A stretch of DNA of 64,000 nucleotides from Octopus sinensis (taxonomy: Eukaryota). Positions within the stretch are counted from its first letter, which is position 1; every line of letters begins with the position of its first letter. Under the pieces are notes generated by a model that did not search any database, was not told where the DNA came from, and worked only from the letters and a program-made list of their open reading frames with translations. The DNA lies in the NCBI RefSeq assembly GCF_006345805.1, contig NC_043012.1, positions 5,084,001 through 5,148,000 on the forward strand, in the 5' to 3' direction. The position numbers were made by a program, and so were the translations under genes. Positions 56,728 through 64,000 of this stretch are shown here, piece after piece.

Positions 56728-57453
56728 AACAAGCGCATTCAGAGAGCGCAAAGCTCCACCAAGGCAACACCAACGTCCTCTCAAATATTAGCCAGAGATG
56801 ATTTTTAAAATGAAAATACCTGAAATAAACTCAACTGCTCTCACAAACGAGAACACTACAAATGAACCCGGCCTCTCTCAAAAATCAAGATTTTAAAAAA
56901 TGGAAAAATAATCCAGAATCCTTGTCCTGGACCAGATCGATCCCAAAATCTAATCAGTTTGTACCAGTTCCGAGACCAAACATCCCTGAAAGTTTCATCC
57001 GAATCCATCCAGTGGTTCTTGAGATATCTTGTCCAGAGACAAACAAACACGACTGAAAACAATACCTCCATCTTAGCGAAGACGAAGATAACAAGAGCAT
57101 TCAAAGAGCGCAAACCTCCACCAAGGCAACACCAACGTCCTCTCAACGATTAACTAGAGATGATTTTTAAAATGAGAATATCTGAAATAAACTTGACTGC
57201 TCTCACAAACAAGAATACTAAGAATGAACCCGACCGCTCTCAAAAATTAAGTTAAAAAAGACGGGAAAATAATCCAAAATCCTTGTCCGGTACCGGATCG
57301 ATCCTAAAATCTAATCAGTTTGTGCCAGTCCCGAGGCCAAACATCCCTGAAAGTTTCATCTGAATCCTTCCAGCAGTTCTTGAGATATCTTGTCCACGGA
57401 CAAACAAACACGACTGAAAACAATGCCTTTGCCTTCGCTAAGGCGGAGGTGAT
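56728..57453 (+). mobile_element. Tandem dimer (362-bp period) of a Helentron-type non-autonomous element
   Basis: Units start AACAAG.GCATTCA.AGAGCGCAAA.CTCCACCAAGG at 56728 and 57090; 3' hairpin-like GCCTTCGCTAAGGCGGAGGT. Confidence 0.75.
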
Positions 57454-57529
57454 AGCAATATGCAAACCAAGAACAGGAATAACATCACGAGTTAAAGTTT
57501 CAACTAGTCTCATTTTAACCCCTACGGTA

Positions 57530-57639
57530 GAAGAGTAGGAGGGAGCGCTGTCATGCATGAATACGAGATTCCTTAGAAGTGAAAACGGTATGTCGTCTAG
57601 CCAGGGATCCAGGAGTTTACAGTAGGTGGCTGCTGTCAC
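57530..57639 (-). mobile_element. 110-bp Tc1 transposase fragment between 16-bp direct repeats
   Basis: LDPWLDDIPFSLLRNLVFMHDSAPSY matches 61510-61625; TTTAACCCCTACGGTA at 57514-57529 and 57640-57655. Confidence 0.85.
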
Positions 57640-57679
57640 TTTAACCCCTACGGTAACATAAATAAGTCTTTCTTATTTT

Positions 57680-58350
57680 AGCACAAAGCTAACAATTTTG
57701 AGGGAATGATAAAATCGATTACATCGATGCCAGCGCTCAACTAATATTTAGTTTATCGATCTTGAGAGGCTGAAAGACCAAGGCGCCCTCTCCGGAATTT
57801 GAACTCAGAACTCAGAAATTTTGTCCGCAGTGCTCACGATTCTGCCAGCTCAGGACTTTATCGGAGAAAATGCTTTTTTTTTAAAATTTGATACAAGGCC
57901 GGCAATTTCGAAAGAGTGGGTAAAGTCAATTACATAGACACCAGTAATCAACTGGTATTAATTTTTATCGACCCGGAAAGGATAAAGGGCAAAGTCGATC
58001 TCAGCAGAATTTGAACTTAGAATGTACACACGTACGAAATGCCGCTAAGCATTTTACCCGCCGTGCAAACGATTCTGCCAGCCCGCCGCCTTAAAGGAGT
58101 ATTGCTATATTATGACATTATCTTATTTAGTAATATGCGCGAGCTGGCAGAAAGGTTAGCACGCTGGGCGAAAGGCTTAGCGGTATTTCGTCAGCCGCTA
58201 CGTTCTGAGTTCAAATTCCACCGAGGTCGACTTTGCCTTTTTATCGTTTCGGAGTCGATAATTTAAGTACCAGTGATGCACTGGGGTCGATGTAATCGAC
58301 TTGTCCCCTTCCCCTATATTTCAGGCCTTGTACCTATAGTAGAAATGATT
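57680..58350. mobile_element. Three SINE A copies (two minus, one plus)
   Basis: Minus copies about 57680-57850 and 57875-58092; plus copy 58137-58345. Confidence 0.85.
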
Positions 58351-58763
58351 ATTTTATTAAGCATAAATGATATAATGGGAAACGAAGTCATCGTCGGTAC
58401 GATTCGATTCGAAATAGAGAGAAAGTTTTAAGAAAGGAAGAAAACGTTGGGTCTTTATTTTCTTATTTGTTTCAGTGAATGGATTGTGGCAATACGTGGG
58501 CTTTGCCTTAAAGAAATTTTGAAGGGAATGTTTTTTTTTTATGTTGCATGACTCGTTTCTCTGTTTTTTTCGTTGTTCGAAAAAAGTTTATTTTCTATAT
58601 TTTTGTTATTTATGTTCTTGTTTCTCATTCTGTCTACGTTTTTTTATGTCTTGTACCCATATATGCATATATAGATACAATATATATATGTAGGTATGTA
58701 CATTCATGTATGTATATATGCATATATTTATATATTATTTATATTATATATAAATACACACAG

Positions 58764-58838
<75 letters not shown>

Positions 58839-58889
58839 TGTATGTATGTATGTATAGAAACGTGTGTATTAGTGGGTATTTTGTTTTCA

Positions 58890-59290
58890 ACCAACTTTCG
58901 TCTACCAAATATAATTCACACTCCGTTGGTCGGCCCAAGGCTTCAGTAAAGACACTTGCGTAATGTGCCGCATGATGGGACCGAACAAGTAAACATGTTG
59001 CGGAGCAAACTTCCTAACCATGCAGCCATCGATGCACCTCTCTATTTAACTATATACCTTATTGCTTATACTGTTGCTTGTTTAATACGTTTGACTGCGG
59101 CCATGCTGGGGCACTGCCTTGAGTGTTTTATACGAAGAAATCAATCCTAGTACTTATTGTACTTATTTGTTTTTTTAAATCCTAGTATTTTGTCTTATCC
59201 TTCTCTTTATGCCGAACCACTATGTTACAGGGACATAAACAAACCAACACTGATTGTCAAAAACACAAAGACACAGACACACACAAATTA
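58890..59290 (-). mobile_element. Two adjacent SINE B halves (5' half of one copy, 3' half of another)
   Basis: TTTCGTCTACCAAAT..GGTCGGCCCAAGGC..AAGACACTTGC, then TTTGACTGCGGCCATGCTGGGGCACTGCC. Confidence 0.75.
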
Positions 59291-59570
59291 TACAGTGCAT
59301 ATCGCATCTATGTCTATTACTTCACTTGCCCTGAGCTCCTAGCTTCCGCCCTAAATATAGAAAATATTGAATAAGTTTTTGGGCCATAAGCTGTAAAGTG
59401 ACATCGGGGCATATAAAAATCTTGGACACAGACCAAGTGCTTCTTTAAATGGAATAAGTCGCACTTAAAAGAACAGGGGAAAAAGAAACTACAATTATAC
59501 GCGACATCGCAGTTCTAAACTACATTATGCTTCAAGTCCGTTTGCAGCAGCAACTACAACAACAACAACA

Positions 59571-59617
<47 letters not shown>

Positions 59618-60416
59618 AACAACAGCAGCAAAATCAAGTAGTAACAATGGAACTGACAATAATGGAAACTGCATCAAATGCAATAACACCAGCAGCAGCG
59701 ACAGCAGTAGTAACATTACTAAGTGTAACTTCAGCAACAACAACATCAACAACGTCAAACAAGAGGAGTGAAGAAGAATTGTGTGTGTGGGATCGACTCT
59801 AGCTATTCCACCTGTACGTGAATAATAACATTTTGGTCATAATGGCGTCTGTCCAAAATCAGTCTGCTAATAGATTCTGAATTTATTTCAGAATGGATTT
59901 GACCAAGATTTAAGAAACGTCTATTAGGGCAGCTTATGAATTGATGCTTCAGTTTCCATTAAGAGTGCTTTGCAACCGTCCACCTTATCACCGTATGCTT
60001 CGATCAATGTTCGTCTTTGGGTGAACGTCTTAGATGGCTGTTTGCAGATTAATGGAATAGAAGAATGAGCATTCAAAGAGAGGGAGACAGAGAGAGTGAG
60101 AGAGAGGAAAAAACAACAACAAAACGAAGCAAATATAACCGAATAAATATGGGGAGCGAGAATGAAATGATATTTTCACTTCGAGATTCAGTGTGTATTT
60201 CATGCACAGAGAAAAAATGATCATAACTACGATGTTATTGATTTTTATTTTTGTTAACATCAGGTCAGTATTTGTAGAGAATAAAGATTAAAGTCAATCG
60301 ATTCCGTTCGCATATTTCGTATAGGACTAATATTCCATTCATACTTGTAGATTAAAGATTGATGAATTCCGTATTCGATTCAGATGGGATTTGAACTCAC
60401 TCAGTTCACTACAGAA

Positions 60417-60490
<74 letters not shown>

Positions 60491-60494
60491 TCGT

Positions 60495-60654
60495 GGCAGT
60501 CGTGGTTGCGTGGTAAGAGGCTTGCTTCCCGACCACAGTTCAACTGCGTGGCACCTTGGGCAAATGTCTAGTACTGTAGCCTCAGGCCAACCAAAGCCTT
60601 GTGAATGGATTTGGTAGACGGAAACTGAAACAAACCCATTGTATATATATGTGT

Positions 60655-60726
<72 letters not shown>

Positions 60727-60937
60727 TTGTATGTTTGTGCTTGTGTTCGTCCCCCACCATCACTTAACAAACGATGTTTACGCCCCCGTAACGCAATGGT
60801 TCGGCAAAAGTAAGCGATAAAATAAGTACCAGGCTTACAAAGAATAAGCCCAGGGGTTCAATTTCTTCGACTAAAAAGCGGTGCTCCTGCATGGCCACTG
60901 TCAAAATGACTAAAATGAATAAAACAATCAAAGAATA
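60495..60937 (+). mobile_element. SINE B, full length, diverged
   Basis: GGCACCTTGGGCAAATGTCT, internal (TG)n, GCGGTGCTCCTGCATGGCC tail; preceded by (TA)n. Confidence 0.88.
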
Positions 60938-60943
60938 TATATA

Positions 60944-62230
60944 CCCCCAGAACTATGCTTAGGAGTGAAATTTAGGACTTGTTTTTCTGTGAATCGATTT
61001 TGATAAAACTTTTCCCAGCTGGTTTGCACAATATGGCCACACCATTGTTATCTTCAGTTTTTTGGTGTACCACGGTAATAACTTTTGAATGAAAATAGCC
61101 CAGCTACGATTTTGTTTTCAGAAAGTGGAGGGTAATGATACATATATAGCATACGTTGAGTATATATTTAACAGAAAAGCATAATAATATTATAACATTT
61201 ATTGACATAATGAATTATTTAACCACATGAGCGCCATTTTAACAGTTAACTTCAAAAAACCCAATTAGTCATGGAAACTGTGGATTTCTTAATAGTAGCA
61301 GGTTGGACTGCATCTGTTGCAGCTTTCATGATAACCCATAAGACATTTTTCGAGGTAAATTGGCGTCTATCGGCATAAACATCTTGTTTAATGATGGACC
61401 AAAGATTTTCGATTGGGTTGAGATCCGGAGATGCTGGTGGCCACACCGCCAACCTTTCGCTTTGTATGCCGTAAGACCCTTGTAATGTTTAGGTGGTCCT
61501 AGCAGAATGGGAAGGGAGCGCTTTCATGCATGAATACGAGATTCCTTAGAGGTGACAGCGGTATGTCATCTGGCCAGGGATCCAAGACCTCTTTCAGGAG
61601 ACTACAGTAGGCGGCCGTGGGAACTTTAACACCTTTAGACATCCTGACTGGGCCAACAAGTCTGTCCCCAATGATACCAGCCTACAAGATGGTGCCTCCA
61701 CCCTGTTGTTGACGCCGTAAACATTCGTGACGCGTATCTTCAAAATAGGCCCAACCGTCAGGTCTGTGAAGAGTCGCCCTGGTTTCGTCAGTGAACAGAA
61801 AACAACTCATGTTTAACACCATGTACTTTTGGGCCCATTGAAGCCTCAAACTTCTGTGACGGGGCGTTAAAGGAGGCAATTTCAGGTGTTCTTGCGCGGA
61901 AGCCATGGTCCCGAGGATGCGATGTCTGGTCACTTTCGATACATGAGGAAGTCCAGAGGCGGTGATAATGGCTTTGCTTGGTTGTCCAAGTTATCCACGT
62001 AACTTGCAGCCAATATTCCTTAAATCCCTAGCTGTCACAGTCTTGGAGGTCCCACAATCGAATCGTTTCTTTCAGAAATCGTCTAACCATGTCCACATGA
62101 CGACCTAACTACTACGCCTGACATGAAGAGAGGTGCCTTCAGCACTTTCCTGGATGATGACAGACTTTTCTTCGTGTAGTTCTAGATATTCTTTGTTTCG
62201 GGAAAAGGAAGAAACAGTAGCATTTAAAAC
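60944..62230 (-). mobile_element. Tc1-type (DDE) transposon, transposase pseudogene
   Basis: PPLTPRHRSLRLQWAQKY, FLFTDETRATL..PDGW, RRQQQGGG, FMHESAP, WPPASPDLNPIENLWSIIK; frameshifts; matching TIR pair not found. Confidence 0.85.
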
Positions 62231-63206
62231 GTCTGAAGTGAAAAATCTCTTTGATGAAGACTAATAAAGAATTGGACTAAACCACGACAACATCACCAAC
62301 AGCAAGAGGAAGAGTACTGAATCTATCTCGCGACAACATTATCCTTTGTAATTGCTCGACGTGCTAGATATAACAGACAAATCTCCATTAACTCATAGCC
62401 TACTATTTTATTCAATAATGTGGTTTGTGATACACTAAACCTGGAAAAAATATGTTCGGGTTTTGAACCTATTATGGTCGTTTAGGGATAATGTGTATGC
62501 AAAAGGTTAAAGAAAAATAGAAAATAAGAAAACTCGAGATCATTCTAATTGTTTTGCTTGTTATCCTCAGCAAATAATTCGCTTTTGTTTCTTTTTTTGT
62601 TTTTGTTATTTTGTTTTTTCTAAGGGCGAAATAAATAAATTAGAATTTATAATGAATACAGATAACCTTAATTTTGTCTTGTTTTTGTATTTGTTCGTTC
62701 CATTTCCATTAGCATTTTGCATTTAATGAATTCACGTTACCTCAGTGTTTTTAATCATCAGTTCTTTAAAGGGAACCAGAAACTAATTAGGTCCTACCAG
62801 AACGACGGTCACCTAACCATAACACAATTAATTACATATTTCCCATTTGATTCAACTAAGTTATACCAGGTTTTGTTGTTGTTTTTTATTTTGTTTTCCT
62901 TGTTTTATTTATTTATTTTTTTTTGTCAGAGGTCCATTTGCCGAATACCTGGGAAATTAGTCTTTGCTTCGTTTCGTTACGTTTTAATTATTTAGAACAG
63001 GGTGATCGACTGAGACGATCGACACAGCTAAGGTGCTAAGTCTTTTGATATTCTCTCTTTGGGAAACATTTTTTTTTTACTCAACCCTCTAAATGCTGAC
63101 GTGTTGGCTTGTTGAATAAGATCGGTTTGTAACCATTTAGCTCTAAATTTCATTTCACTCCTTTGTCCTGTACGAAGCGTCTTATCCACTCACAGACACA
63201 CTTGCG

Positions 63207-63251
<45 letters not shown>

Positions 63252-63271
63252 GTGTGTGTGTGTGTGTAAAT

Positions 63272-63472
63272 ATTACGGAGATGCACTTGCATAGCAAGTG
63301 ACCTGATCCGAGATCGTGTGCTGAAACATAAACAACTGCAGCGTAGAAGGTGTTTATAAGCCATTTAGAAACACAGAAAACCGTTAGATTCACTTCAACA
63401 TTTGAATTTTATTGTCGAAATATTTTCGTCGCTTAGAGACCGCGACCTGTTCACTGGCAAAATTCGGAGCTG
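63272..63472 (-). mobile_element. Short hammerhead-bearing repeat 1, probable PLE terminal-repeat fragment
   Basis: About 200 bp bounded by microsatellites and containing a minimal type-I hammerhead near its minus-strand 5' end; PLE assignment is inferred. Confidence 0.55.
63412..63460 (-). ncRNA. Minimal type-I hammerhead ribozyme with G3:C8 core swap
   Basis: TTGCCA-GTGAACA-G-GTCGC(ggtctctaa)GCGAC-GAAA-ATAT-T-T-CGACAA; perfect 5-bp stem II, palindromic AATATT stem III, stem I 4 of 6 paired. Confidence 0.72.
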
Positions 63473-63499
63473 CATTATATATATATATATATATATATA

Positions 63500-63680
63500 T
63501 TGTTATATTTCGGAATGGTCATATTGCCAGTTTAGCCAATAAAAACACACGCACTATATATTTGGTGTTATTTTGCTTCAGTGATATTTATTTTTTACAT
63601 TAATCTTAATCTTATTTCGGCCAAAGTTCTTTCGTCACACTCCTGTGACCGCATCAGTGGTCCTTTGTTTTCTTCTCACT
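63500..63680 (-). mobile_element. Short hammerhead-bearing repeat 2, probable PLE terminal-repeat fragment
   Basis: About 180 bp ending at (TA)n, with a different hammerhead near its minus-strand 5' end. Confidence 0.5.
63619..63663 (-). ncRNA. Minimal type-I hammerhead ribozyme, position 9 variant (A9C)
   Basis: GGACCA-CTGATGC-G-GTCAC(aggagt)GTGAC-GAAA-GAAC-T-T-TGGCC; perfect 5-bp stem II, stem I 4 of 5 paired. Confidence 0.62.
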
Positions 63681-63707
63681 TATTTGTGTCTCTCCTTACT
63701 AACCGTC

Positions 63708-63754
<47 letters not shown>

Positions 63755-63809
63755 TAGATAGAGAGAAAATAGAAGGACAAAAAGACAGAAAGAAAGCGAG
63801 AGAGAGAGT

Positions 63810-63840
<31 letters not shown>

Positions 63841-63896
63841 TCCAATTTGTAGCTATTTGTATGCTATATATATATATACATAATATATATCATCTA

Positions 63897-63959
<63 letters not shown>

Positions 63960-64000
63960 TTTATTTAAAGCAGCAGAAAATTCAACAAAACCTGTTACTC

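Overview
AT-rich eukaryotic DNA, very dense in microsatellites and retroposons. The repeat families look like a coleoid cephalopod, most likely Octopus; this is recognition from memory, not a search result. I found no host protein-coding gene, rRNA, true tRNA or CRISPR array, and nearly all ORFs in the supplied track are translations of (TA)n, (CA)n, (TAA)n or (GGT)n runs. Recognisable content: three tRNA-derived SINE families (my labels A, B, C), two decayed DD37D (maT-type) Tc1/mariner elements, a decayed Tc1-type element, three R4/Dong-like restriction-like-endonuclease (RLE) LINE remnants, CR1 and RTE 3' ends, Penelope-like (PLE) remnants, Helentron-type non-autonomous elements and one 100-N gap. 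The most notable signals are (1) several minimal type-I hammerhead ribozyme motifs, including one with a complete core carrying a G3:C8 compensatory swap about 200 nt from a second, different hammerhead; (2) a dimeric SINE whose internal junction recurs at the same nucleotide at five loci; (3) an R4/Dong element sitting inside a (TAA)n array; (4) a candidate TATA-less promoter and short first exon on the minus strand near 50.1 kb. All alignments and translations were done by eye, so boundaries are approximate to about 10 nt unless given as exact motifs.
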